The notes beneath the pieces are model-generated. The model worked only from the letters and a program-made list of their open reading frames with translations, was not told the DNA's origin and did no database searches. From positions 72,912,001 through 72,976,000 of the forward strand of contig OX597833.1 of NCBI GenBank assembly GCA_951406725.2: a stretch of 64,000 nucleotides of DNA. Direction: 5' to 3'. Origin of the DNA: Octopus vulgaris (Eukaryota). Both the position numbers and the translations under genes were made by a program. Positions 38,703-50,825 of this stretch are shown here, in pieces; the stretch's first letter is position 1, and each line of letters opens with the position of its first letter.

Positions 38703-39400
38703 TTAATTTCAGGAATGCGAGAGTACACCCTCCACAGATCGCTGAAAATTGTGGTCCCTGGAAGAATCGAGTGACGTATGGATTCTTCCAGTGTTTCACA
38801 ATCCCGACATGGCACCGCATGCAGAAAAACCTGTCTGGTCCCGCAACACACTCCTCCGAAAACCCACTGCTCAGGTAGGACCCTTCCTCGGTTGTTCTTA
38901 CGTTTGAGAAGACTTTCGTCGATCTCAACAATCCTCCCATGACCACCAACTTGAATTGGATGATGGAGCAACTCCTCCGCACATACTTCGCCAACAGAGC
39001 TCTTGGTTCTTATAATAAACAGCAGTGCTACGGTTCATACCCAGTTCTTCAGCACAAAACCGGACCCAAGTCGATTCCTTGACCCATGAGTCAAGGGGAA
39101 ACACTCCAGTCCCAAGAGAAAGGCTACCACCTTCAAACCACCCGACTTTCCTCACTGACCCCCCCCCCCCCCGTACACATTCCCTTTACGCCTTTTACAT
39201 AATTTCCATTCGGGTAGAACACCCTTTTCTTGTAGGTGCGGCACAGTAACCTCCTCTGTTCTTAGCGTCTCCATCACACAAGCGACGTCGCCGGAGTTCT
39301 GATGCCATAATCCAAGAGTAAACATTCAAACAGAACACAGCGCCAAAGTGGTTTCAATAGATTTGTCAGCACGTGCTTTTTCGCTGACAAAAGAGTTCTC
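38703..39400 (-). pseudogene. Decayed Merlin (IS1595/ISXO2-like DDE) transposase with upstream non-coding segment
   Basis: Frameshifted pieces on minus: METLRTEEVTVPHLQEKGVLPEWKLCKR; VRKVGWFEGGSLSL..RFCAEELGMNRSTAV; IQVGGHGRIVEIDES..RKNNRGRVLPEQWVFGG...ILPGTTIFSDLWRVY (ISXO2 motifs VEIDES, WVFGG, SD.W..Y). Confidence 0.9.
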
Positions 39401-40024
39401 GTCCGGTGAATATGGTGGGTGGGGCATCGTTTCCCTTTCAGACTGCTCCAGTTTTTGGAATGTCATCCTCGCTGTGAGTGGCCGCGCATTATGCTGATAG
39501 AAGAACACCTTTCGTCTTGAAACCAAAGATGGTCATTTTTTTTCTAGCGCTGACTTGTATGATTGGTTGACTGACCAAATCCAAGCTTCTCTGCTAGTTC
39601 CTCAACAGCTACGATGGGATTTTTTTGCAGGACGTCCTCGTTGAGCTCAACAGATCTTCCTGGACGAGGTTTGTCTTCTAGACTGTCGTTTCCGGCTCGG
39701 TATTTCTGGAACCACCGTTGACACTGGCTTTTGCTTATTGTCCGACCCCCATATACTGCATTAATATTCCTCGCACTTTCTGTTGCGTTGTTGCCTTTAT
39801 TGAACTCATGAAGCAAAATATGCTCCTTTGTCCTTCCATTATAGCTTTGACAAAATAACTGTTAAAATCGAACTGCACTCTTCAAAACATGAACTAAGAA
39901 TAAGGACAAAGTAAAATTTCTACCTGCTTTTATAGCAAGTTGATGCAGGTAGTTTATCCTGCTCCCCTCCGACTTTTTTGTTCGTGCAATTTTAAAAAAC
40001 CACATTATTTATAGGATGACCCAA
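39401..40024 (-). mobile_element. Decayed mariner element: 5' TIR and partial transposase
   Basis: TIR TTGGGTCATCCTATAAATAATGTGGTTTTTT after TA at 40025-26. HTH MLHEFNKGNNATESARNINAVYG..CQRWFQKYRAGNDSLEDKPRPGR; catalytic piece QHNARPLTA..HPPYSPD, then abrupt end. Confidence 0.92.
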
Positions 40025-40080
40025 TATAAGAAGCTAGCGTAGACAGACAAATTGTGTAATTTAATACAAGATGCATTACT

Positions 40081-40136
40081 AGCAGAATAGTCTCAGCAGA
40101 ATAGTCTCAGCAGAATAGTCTCAGCAGAATAGTCTC
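40081..40136. repeat. Tandem repeat, 4 exact copies of AGCAGAATAGTCTC
   Basis: Directly visible. Confidence 0.95.
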
Positions 40137-42409
40137 ACACATCGGCATGTACATGGGTTGAGTGTTGTTCTATTAACGTAATTCTCTGGCAGAATAAAAA
40201 ATGCGCAACACAAGGTGAAAAGGCTGATCCTTTGAATTATAAATTCTCTTTTATCTGGCGGGCTTCCATACAGTTTCCATTCCACTAATTTCACTCAATA
40301 GACCTGAGGTTGTAGTAGTAAAAGACGCCTCTTCAAGATGTCCCTCTGTGTGATCGAGCTTGAGATCTCATGATTGCGAAGTGAACTGCTTAACCACCTG
40401 GTCAACCAACGGCCAAAGGCCATGCTGGAACACTACATTCTAATGTGTCTTCGATTATATTGATCTCCATACTTATTTTATTGATCTCAAAAGGTTGGAA
40501 GGTAAAAGAACTCAGAAAACACAAAGGAACATTCACAACCAAAAGTCAAAACACTAGAGTCTCAAATATATAAATACAGTAAGGTGATAAACTTCGAATA
40601 GTTGAGATTATCAAAGTGATTAGCAAACAAAAACTCCCCGTGTGATTTTAAAACTTAAAGTAAACAAGTAAGAAAAACCACCCCGGTAAATCATTTGATC
40701 GGAATCTTTAGACGATAGAAACAATGTGGGTTGAAGTGAATCTGGTCCCTTAAAGTCAAAGGGGAAAGAAACCACTTCCGGTTTTATCATCACTCCTCAG
40801 TGACGAATATTCTACTTAGTTGGCAAGTCTTAAGTGTTCAATGTATGTAGAAACAGAGGGAATGTAGTGACGCTGAATATGAAAATCAAGAATAAGGGTC
40901 AGGAAAAATACCTCCGACTGAGACCCTTCTGTACACAATATACACATCAGGTAGGATCTCACATATACAATATAGCGAGGCGAAAAACTGAGGACGGATT
41001 TTAGCTCCAAATTAGCCGTGAGTGTAAAAAAAAAAGCTTATGATTCGCCACCCCCGGCATTTTGGGTGCGGAGTGGGTTCTGTTGCAAGTTTTAAGGTTA
41101 GGTTTCTGGTTTGAGGATATCTTCCTCCTGTACCTTTTCTCCCATTAATCTTGGATGCGCTGTTTAGGGTCAGCGATACTATCTTTCATTAGGATCCACC
41201 CTCATCCCCCCCCCTCAAAAAGAGACAGAAATCTCCCCAAGATTACCCCGAATTTTGGGATTGTACAAGGTTGTTTTATCCAACGTTTCCTTCTTTGTTT
41301 TCAACGATGAGGTTTAATTTGAGGTTACTTTGGTTGCTATGTCTTGTAGATTGAGTGATCACGTGGAAGTACCCCTGTTGACTCACATTAAACATTTAAA
41401 ATCCATTTATCTCCTCATGTTACACTCTCAGCCGCCTCTTCAGTTTCTATTTTAAGTCGAGATTCTTTCCAAGTGGAACCGGAGCTGAAAGTAAACCTCT
41501 TCCTCAGACCATTCCATCCTCCATTATTTCTGACATTCCATCCTCCAAACAATCTATTTTCGAAAACTCAAACTTAAAATACGGAAACCAAGATCACTTT
41601 CCAAAAATTCTTCCTTCATATCCAATACATGTTTACTTGACAAAGGTCGAAAGTAGCAGATCCATTCCTCACTCACTCACTGTCTTTCTGTCCTTTTCTC
41701 TCTCCCCCCTCTCTTTCTCTCTCTTTCTCTCTCTCTTCCTCCTCCTCATATGGGAAAATTTCCTCGTCTTTAATATTACTGACTTTCTTGATACTTTCTC
41801 TCCTCACATTTTTGATCTTTCAACGAAAAGCATCGAAGGTTGAACCATCGCATTAACAAAACCTTCACCTTCCTTTCTCAGCCATCTTAAACGGTTGTTT
41901 TTCAATCTTTTCCAGCTGTGTTTTTTTTTTTTTCCTTTCTTTTACCTTGTCGTCTCTCCTTCAGGTAACAAACACTCCTGTAGCCTACAACCGATAACTG
42001 TAGTACCATAACCGATAGAATATAATAATATATACACATGTATACACACACACACACACGCGCGCGCGGACGCATTCGCACGCGTCCTCGAGCAAAACAG
42101 ATTCGCTTTTCGAAAGCTGCGTTCCGGACAAGGTTTTCCGTTAAAATTGATCAAAAAATATAACATAACTCCACAGATCGACAAGTCCTGCTCCTCTCTG
42201 TCTCCGTCAGACTCTCTGGGTCTTTTATGCATTTCTCCTTTCTCTCTTTATCACACACACCCTTTTTCTCTCTATATGTATATCTCTCACGCATGCTACT
42301 CCCCCCTCCCTCTCTTCATATAACATGTAACGGCTTTTATTTTGTTTTTGCCTTTGTTGTGATGCCATTCCCGACGACCCCCAGCAAGAAATAGACTGGA
42401 CCGAACGAT

Positions 42410-43615
42410 TATAAAGAGTAGCGGTCGGAGTGAAGTTTGATGGGTCAGTTGGAGGTGAGTAGAGCGTGGTGTGTTCAATCCTTGTGATTCCGTGGAAGTA
42501 AGTGGTGTTATTATATATTATCGAAGGTCTCCCCGCCTGGGTGAACCTGGATTTGTTGAATTTTGAATTTTTGCTTGTTTTTGTAATTGTTTTCTTCCCT
42601 ATTTATGGGTGAAGTAGAGAAGAAAGGTGAGAGATCGATCAGGAGCCGGCCGCCAGTTACGCATCAGCTACAGCAAAAGGTTTGAATACCAACACCCGGA
42701 AGTGCGAGAGATTAAGATTGAGCCAAAAGAACCCCAAAAAAGTGGAAAGAGTGTTGTAAATTGATAGAAAGGGAAGGAGCCAGTTTGAGTTTGGCCCCAC
42801 TGGAGGAATTGACTAACAATGTGGCGAAGAAATACACACGAGGAAGGAAGTATGGCTCGGTGGAGGTTAGGTTCGCGAACGAAGAGGAGGCCATAAACCA
42901 CTCCACTGTGCCGATGGGGACACAGGAATGGGTCCTTCTGTCTGACTAACTGTGGCAAACGTGTTGCCAGAGTAAGAATTGGTAGAATATCCCCCGAGAT
43001 TAAGGAAGCATGGCTGGTGGCAGCGGTCATGGACAGGATGGAAGACGAAGCGAGAATATTGAAAATTACGAGAACTAAAAAGGTTAATTGGTGGTTGGGG
43101 GGGGGGGGTATGGCCTTGAGATGGCAAAACAAGTAAGACTCAAAGACTTGCCCGAGATCACAGAGGAGATTGTTCTGTTGGGGTAGGGGTGAGAGTGGTG
43201 GTGGAAGGCAGACCCCCAACATATTTCTTATGCCGACAAAAGGGACACATGAAAGCAAGGTGGCCCCAGAAAGAAGACAAGGAGGAGGAGCAGGAGCAAC
43301 AGTGTGAGGAAAGAACTGCCGAGGTGGCGGTGCCGGAAGGAGAGAAGGACAAAGATGAACCCCTGTGGAGGAAAAGGAAAGAGCGTGTGAGCTCTCCACC
43401 AGAGAGTCAGAAAAGGATGAAGGGGTCAGAGAAGGAGGGGGAAAAGGAGCTGGTTAGATGCAGCAGCAGCAGCAGCAGCATCAACAATAGAATGTAACGT
43501 GGAGGCGGTGGACGTTGAGGACTTTGATAGTATACCAGCGGGGGTGGGGAGCCGGGAGGAGTGACTTGCTCGGACGGCCCGGGTCCGTCGCTGAAGCAAA
43601 TGTAAAAGAGAAATG
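42410..43615 (+). mobile_element. Decayed ORF1 (gag-like) and 5' UTR of a Tx1/L1-group LINE
   Basis: Fragments KYTRGRKYGSVEVRFANEEEA (RRM-like), RVARVRIGRISPEIKEAWLVAA, RVVVEGRPPTYFLCRQKGHMKARWP (degenerate CX2CX4HX4C knuckle), then charged tail; stops and frameshifts. Confidence 0.7.
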
Positions 43616-45198
43616 GTCGATAAATTAAGTACCACTTATGCCAATGGGGTCGATGTAATCGACTTAATCCCTTTGTCTGCCCTTGTTTGTCTCCTCTGTG
43701 TTTAGCCCCTTCGTGGGCAATAAAGAAATAAATATTACTTTTGTGTCTGCTTGTGTTTGATAATTTGATTAACTGGAAAGTAATGTCTTCAGAATTCAGA
43801 GAAATCCAACCCTAATCGTATTCCACCCGATGAAGCGCCCACGTGAGGCTGTCACCGAAAAATGTTGAGCTTTATAATAACTCTAGAATGATCTTGTAAT
43901 AATGGTATATTAATATAAACCGAGCAACTTCAAGCTGGTGTCCGATGCAGAAACGAATGTTGCGATCTGTTATTAAAGCCTGATATCCTCAAGCCTCATG
44001 TTATATTATTCCTGTATTAATCTTATACAAAGAAGAGTCCCACATGTGTATCTAACCCTGGATCCCGAAGGATAACATGTGGTAGCCAAATAACGACACA
44101 AGAATTCTTGAGTGTACATTATGAGGTTTATATTAAATATATATACATGTAATTACGGATCTATATGTGTGTGTCGTTCTGCTTGTCACCCATCACCGCT
44201 TGACAACCAATGTTGGTTTGTTTACGCCCTCTATAAACTAGCGGTTCGGCATAAGAAATAAATAGAATAGTACCAGGCTTAAAGAATAAGTACTGGGGTG
44301 GGTTTGTTCAAATGGTGCCCCAGTATGGCCGCCGTCCAGTGACTGAAACGAGTAAAATAGATATATATATTCACACACGCACGTACGCAGAGTTCAGTGA
44401 CTTATTGTGGGTTTTGGACAACCCCCCCCCCGCCATCTTCCCTCAATGTAACACACCTTCAACTACAGCAATGATAGATATTTAGAGTGGTGGCCATGTG
44501 CGGCTCGCACACCTACACACAGACCATTCCCCCACCTCAATTCCTACGCTACGCCACAGCGCCAAGTTCTGCATCAAAGGTAATTGATTTGCTAAAATGG
44601 ATTGTGATCGTAAAGGGTTTGGAGGGGCTTGTGGACGATGTCGTTCGGTCGCCCGTATATAGAGGGGACCTGGCCCCTGAGCTAAATAACAATAACAACA
44701 ATTAATCGCCATAACCATTCGGAAAGCAAGACAGGGGCGCGTGTGAGAAACGCAACGGTTTCTAGTTATTACGTCTTCAATAAAACGGGAGATGGTCATG
44801 GCTGGGATGCCTTTAATTATTGGTTCTTTCTATAAGTGCAGACTTGAAGTTAAGCAGCAGCAACAATAACAACAAAAACAAAGCAACAACAATACGATTG
44901 CCTTCAACATTACATCAACAAAAATGTGGCTTAAGATTTGTACAGAAACTGCGTCTTAAATAAAACGGTTTCGGCCATGTTTTTGTCAGCGGAGCAGTTG
45001 GCGGCGGCGGGGGCGGCGGCTGCTGCGGCGGCGGGGGCGGCGGCTGCTGCTGCTGCTGCTGCTGCGAAAGTTGGTCAGAAACGTCATTCTTCACTTCCTT
45101 CCTCCCTTCTTTCCTACATTTCTTTCTTTCTTCCTCTTTTCCTTCTTTTCTTTTCCACTCTCCCTTCAAAGAAGCGCATTCATTCTGAGTATGCGAAT

Positions 45199-45233
<35 letters not shown>

Positions 45234-45240
45234 AATAATA

Positions 45241-45785
45241 ACTGCCCTGATGCAGTACCAGGCAGTGGCTCTCATGGCTTCTGATCTTAACTGATTCGAA
45301 GTGTTATCATGTACATTGTTTTGTCTTGGTATAAAAGATGGGCAACAGCAAATATTCTGCTCAATACCACAGATTTGCTTGTCAGTTGTTTGACCGTAAC
45401 CAGTTGATTTGTGCATCTCTGATCATGAGCAGAAGTAGTAGGGGAGCATCACAGCCATGTGTTGAGAAGGTTCTCTGGGGTTTCAATAATTCACCTCTGG
45501 AAACATGGGTGTTTCGTTCAACATCCTTAAACAATCCTTATTCTTTTGAGCGTGATGGGCTACCCAACCTGAAGAAAATTCTAACCGGGCTCCACCCGCA
45601 ATGTCATGCGCTGTTAATCTTGATATGAGATCACCATTTCGTGCATATATGGTTGTGATGCATGTGTCTAGTGTACCCTTATCAGACGGGTAGTCATGAT
45701 GGGTATATTGGGCTTCGTATATTTGTACCCCAGTGTTACTTTGATGGCATTTACTGCTCTCTCACTCAATAATAATAATAATAAT
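45241..45785 (+). mobile_element. Non-coding interspersed element bounded by (TGA/TAA)n tracts
   Basis: ~530-bp segment with sharp boundaries between (TGA)n(TAA)n (45199-45241) and (TAA)n (45768-45790); no long ORF. Single copy in window, so repeat status rests on flanks and recall. Confidence 0.5.
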
Positions 45786-45790
45786 TAATA

Positions 45791-45990
45791 GGACGGCGAA
45801 CTGGCAGAATCGCCGGACAAAATGCTAAGCTGCATTTCGTCCGTCTTTACGTTCCAAGTTCAAAATTTTGCCGAGGTCGACTTTGCCTTTCACCCTTTCA
45901 GGATTGATAAATTAAGTACCAGTCAAATACAGGGGTCGATGTCCCCACCTCCCCCGAAATTGCTGGCCTTGTGCCATAATTTGAAACCAA
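45791..45990 (+). mobile_element. Family B SINE
   Basis: GGCGAACTGGCAGAATCG head, AAGTTCAAA B-box, GCCGAGGTCGACTTTGCCTTTCA..GATAAATTAAGTACCAGT. Confidence 0.88.
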
Positions 45991-46004
45991 CATAATAATA
46001 ATAA

Positions 46005-46220
46005 TGCTTTCTATTATAGGCACAAGACCTGGAATTTTGAGGGAGGGGACCAGTCGATTACATCGACTCCAGAGTTTCACTGGTACTTAATTTATCGACC
46101 CCGAGAGGATGAAAGAGAAAATCGGCCTCGGCGGAATTTGAACTCAGAACATCAAAGCGGACGAAATGCCGCGAAGCATTTTGCCTGGCGTGCTAACGAT
46201 TCTGCCAGTTCACCGCCTTC
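46005..46220 (-). mobile_element. Family B SINE, inverted relative to 45791-45990
   Basis: Reverse complement of the same consensus. Confidence 0.88.
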
Positions 46221-46734
46221 CAGTATATAATAATGATGGTGATGATGATGATGATGATGATGATTTCTAGCATCGATACGGGCCATAGATTTAGGAGAAC
46301 AACATTTGGACGGTTGAGAAGTGTGAGAAGTAAAAGTCACAGACACAACAAAAACGAAAATGCATTATCCTGTTTTTCATTTGCTTTCTCCTGATGCCTC
46401 CAATATCCAGACGGTGCTCACAGAGGCCCCGACAGTCTGAGCAAGACGTCTAATTGCAACCCCGGCACGAAGCAAATCTGCAATGCGTTGTCTCTTGGCT
46501 TCTTAAGTGGACATGTCAGATCGTATGACTGGAACTTCTCATTAAATTAACTCTAGAAACCTGAAATAGAAAACAATATTTTAGGAATCTATGAAAAATA
46601 AGGCTTCGAAAATATTCCAGTTTTGCTTCCCCACCCTGAGCATATATATATAGAGAGAGAGAGAGGCAGAAAGAGACGAACAGACAAGACAGAAAAACAG
46701 GAAGGCAGGGAGAAAGAAAGAGGAAGAGACAGAC

Positions 46735-46817
46735 AGGTAGACAGACAGACAGGCAGATAGATAGGTAGGTAGGTAGGTATGTAGGTAGGTATGTAGGTAG
46801 GTAGGTAGGTAGGTAGG

Positions 46818-46850
<33 letters not shown>

Positions 46851-46891
46851 GGATGGATGGATGGATGGATGGATGGATGGATGGATGGATG

Positions 46892-46958
<67 letters not shown>

Positions 46959-46985
46959 GGATGGATAGATATATGGATAGATAGA
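46735..46985. repeat. Compound tetranucleotide microsatellite (GACA/GGTA/GATA/GGAT)
   Basis: Directly visible. Confidence 0.97.
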
Positions 46986-47373
46986 GAAAGAGGTGGGGAA
47001 AGAGGTGGAGAGATGAGTGCGAAAAACTGAACTTTGTCGTTGCTCTTGGTGAGAAGAAAGAGAATTTCCATTTAATTCTGGTTTTTGCGATGAAGATAAA
47101 CAAATGGCAAGGTCAGACTTTGAATAAAGTTTACTGTTGCCTGTTTCTGTGTTCAGTGACGCCTGGCTGGGAATGGAATACGGAATCAAACTGGAATTAT
47201 CGACTGAAGATGACGGAAGTCAAAGAAGGTTCATCGAATTAAGCGCCGCCTTTACAAAGAATGTTCTTATCAGGGAATAAATGATTACATTAGATATCAA
47301 CAGGCGACAATTTAGCTTTGATAATTTATTCCGTAATCCAAGGGACATCGTCGTTTTTTACGAGAACAACACT

Positions 47374-47374
<1 letters not shown>

Positions 47375-47448
<74 letters not shown>

Positions 47449-47466
47449 TTATATATATATATATAC

Positions 47467-47538
<72 letters not shown>

Positions 47539-47688
47539 TTATATATATACATATATATATATATATCTTTATATATATACATACATATATATATATATAT
47601 CTTTATATATATACATACATATACATATATATATATATATACTATACATATATATATACATACATATACATATATATATATATATCTT

Positions 47689-47727
<39 letters not shown>

Positions 47728-47737
47728 CTTTATATAT

Positions 47738-47769
<32 letters not shown>

Positions 47770-47805
47770 CTTTATACACATACACACACATATATATATA
47801 TATAC
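47375..47805. repeat. Long degenerate (TA)n tract
   Basis: Directly visible; explains the YIYI ORFs. Confidence 0.97.
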
Positions 47806-49273
47806 ACTTTTTCAGAATTCACCCACCCCTACACCCAAATATGCGGGAAAATACGGAGATTCTGATTCTGAAAAAAATTTCCAAATTCCAATTATTTTGC
47901 AATTTTCCGGAATCTCCGTATCCGAAAACGTGGATTTTTGAAACACACATACACACACAAAAATAAAATAAAAAAAATAAACGAAAATGGTGGGACGGGA
48001 GGAAGTCTTTCCATGAAATGTTCTAGATTCCACTTATACCTGGAATTTGTTGTGAAAAAATTTTCCAGGGCCAGGGAGAGGATTTTCGGAAAGTTTACTC
48101 AACTTTCAGAAAAACGAATATTATTTTGAGAATTTTTTTTAAATAAATAACTTTCAGAGCGTTTAGATATTGATCATGTTGGAACTGAATATGAAAGAAT
48201 TCCCGTTGTGCTCGCATACATACATAATGACACACAAAACGAAACATGAAATTTCGAAAAAATTGTGCTGTGTCAGTATGTCTTTGTGTGCCCACCTTCT
48301 TTTTCTCACATTTGATTCAGATATTCCGATATAATCGCGATATATTATGCACACTCTGAGGGACATTTGTTGAAAATTTCATTGAAAATACCCACTTTTC
48401 GGAAAGTTGTGAGGAAAGAACTACGACACGCGTGAATTTTCCGAAATTTCCTTCCCCACCTACAGAAAAAAATATTCATAACAAATTCTTATATAATTGG
48501 TTTCTACACCACCTGAAGCGTACTTGTAGAAACTTTCATGTTAAAATATCAATTCTTCTGGAAGTTATGAAGAAAGAAATTTTGGGGCACGCTTGTGTAG
48601 TTATGCCGTAAAAACTGTTTGCGATTTCATTTCACATCGTTCCAAAAAAAGAAAAAAAAAGAGGCCTTGTGTTTGGATTCAGACAAAATAAAGTCCAAAA
48701 ATCCAGTTGTACATTTATAAACATGATATAAGATCGCATTTTTATAAGACACACTTTTCATTTATTTCAATAAAAAAATAACTTATTTAATTGTTTTGAA
48801 ACCGTTTTCTTTAACGAAAGTTGTGGCAGATTATTTTAATATTACGAATTAATTAAAAGTCTCCACGTAAGTTTTCAGGTTTTATAAATTAATAGAATTA
48901 GTGTTTTATTTTAAGTGAAGCGTCGAGTATTTTCACTTTAATTAATTAATCAATAAACGAAAAAGAAAAAAACAAAAGAGAAAAGATACGTCGTAGTTTA
49001 AAAGTACTAAATTATTACCTCCCTTGAAGACTGGTCTATACTGGCAGGGAATGAGTTTTGAAAGAGATTAGAATAATTAAATTTCTAAAATCTAGGTAAA
49101 TTAAGTAATTAGTATAAAACGAAAATGTTGTAATTAATTGCATAAGTAAAATGCAATCTAAGTTACTTTGTTTCTGAGGTGTATAAATAAATCAATTGTA
49201 AATGTTGTTGGTATAAAATCATCGAATGTATTGAATAGTAAAGGTTTAAATATATTTTCTTGGATCATTCGTT

Positions 49274-49437
49274 ATACTTACCTGGCACAGGGGTAAACCA
49301 TGATCAGCAAGGTGGTTCTCCCAGAGTGAGGCCCTTCCATTGCACTCCGGTTGGGTTGACCTTTGCGATCGCCCCAAATGTGGGCGACTCGGGTGCGCTA
49401 TTTCTAAGTGTGGGGTCTGCGTTCGCGCTCACCCCGG
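49274..49437 (+). ncRNA. U1: U1 spliceosomal snRNA (164 nt; variant Sm site and SL1 loop)
   Basis: 5' ATACTTACCTG splice-site recognition sequence, SL2 loop ATTGCACTCC, SL3 TCGCCC-CAAATGT-GGGCGA, helix H GCAC/GTGC, SL4 GGGGT..GCG-TTCG-CGC..ACCCC; colinear with metazoan U1. Confidence 0.97.
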
Positions 49438-49712
49438 AAAGCAAACAAAGATCAGACTATCACTAACGAATCCTTGACAGATTCGACGCAGTTAGTTTTC
49501 GCTGCTATTTCTAGTAAGTCATTTGTCATCGGAATACTATCGTGGATGTTTTTTTTTTCTTGCGGACGAATGTGTAGTTTTTAGGCTGCTATTTCTAGCA
49601 ATTCGATCCTTCATCGAATGGATTTAGATAAATTCTATTCATATTTATTATATATTTATATATAATTTCATTATTATATTCGATGCATTTAGTTTCATAT
49701 TTTCACAATGTT

Positions 49713-49780
49713 CTCGAGTGCGTTATTTCCAAGTGTGGAGTCTTGCGTTCGCGCTCAAAGAACAGACTATTGCTAACGAA
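49713..49780 (+). pseudogene. Partial duplicate of U1 3' end plus downstream flank
   Basis: CTCGAGTGCGTTATTTCCAAGTGTGGAGTCTTGCGTTCGCGCTC-AAAGAACAGACTATTGCTAACGAA aligns to 49388-49470 with a ~16-bp internal deletion. Confidence 0.88.
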
Positions 49781-49911
49781 ACAGAAAACCAGTTACTCTT
49801 ATGTATTCTATTTCCAAGACTGTTATCATAGCAAACGAAAAATATAATTTGATATGGTTAACCGATATCTTCTCTTGCGCTGCTGTTTCTAGCAAGTCAA
49901 ATCTTCATCTA

Positions 49912-50037
49912 ATCATCATCATCATTGTTCGACCGTGGTCGAGACAATGGAATTTACTATGTTACGCCTGACTTCACGGTCCATCATAGCATTACGGAGG
50001 TCCTGTTGCTGGATGCCTGTATCCCTGGAGATTACAT
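49912..50037 (-). mobile_element. 3' end of RTE-group LINE
   Basis: Minus translation VISRDTGIQQQDLRNAMMDREVRRNIVNSIVSTTVEQ* directly followed by a (TGA)n tail. Confidence 0.75.
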
Positions 50038-50170
50038 GGTTTTATCTTCATTCATATTCGACGAAGCTGGGTTCATATTTTCACTATCTTCTCGTGTTGG
50101 TGCACGACGTCGTTCACACTTTTTTTCTTTTGGCCTAGCTTCATGAGGGGACGTTATGTGGGCGAATTGA

Positions 50171-50480
50171 ATTTTTATTCACCATTAATGGTTACACAAA
50201 AAGGAGACAGACAAGGTTAAAAATTATGATAATATAAAATATAATGGATAAAAATGATAAAGTGGGGGCCGTGTGTGACCCAACAAACCACGTTCCACCA
50301 CTGAATCTTTTGGTTCTCCCTTTAGCAGGCACATCCGCTCCCAACATGCTTGCCACTTTCTTCCATCTTTCCTCATGTATACTGAGTGGCAAGCATCTCT
50401 TCTCCAGCCATATTTTCCTTTTGAGGTGGAAAACAGAAAAGTTTAACAAACCAAGGCTGGGGATGAAGACACCTGTCACC
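50171..50480 (-). mobile_element. 5'-truncated Tx1-like LINE 3' end (copy A)
   Basis: Minus ORF TGVFIPSLGLLNFSVFHLKRKIWLEKRCL..ERWKKVASML; 3' UTR with AATAAA; homologous to 51320-52010. Confidence 0.75.
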
Positions 50481-50731
50481 GTCGCTTTCCCGTCCCCCAC
50501 ATCAGTGCAACGACTCAAAGCGGTGCCGGTCCGCGAGCTTCCAGAAAAGAAACATTATAAAATGCTTATGTAATATTTGTTTACAAAATGAATATTGAAA
50601 ATTGTCAGCTTTTATTATATTCATTATACATATTGTTTCCAGTATAAATAAATATTACCGGTCCCTGGCACATTGGGGGGGAAAATGCCAGTTCGTCACA
50701 TCAGATCATCTGAGAAGCCCTGCCCGCACAA

Positions 50732-50825
50732 CCTATTTCTTTATTACCCACAAGGGGCTAAACATAGAGGGGACAAACAAGGACAGACAAGGGGATTAAG
50801 TCGATTACATCGACCCCAGTGCGTA
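50732..50825 (-). mobile_element. Family B SINE 3' tail
   Basis: CCTATTTCTTTATTACCCACAAGGGGCTAAAC..GGGATTAAGTCGATTACATCGACCCCAGTGCGTAA, as at 19197-19290 and 43615-43735. Confidence 0.85.

Noticed and set aside
42668-43399. 243-aa minus-strand ORF
   Set aside because: Antisense shadow of the purine-rich LINE ORF1 on the plus strand.
47200-47240. Hammerhead-like CTGAAGA-TGAC-GGAA-GTCA
   Set aside because: GAAA is replaced by AAGA and helix III is unclear; the similar motif near 43828 is also too weak.
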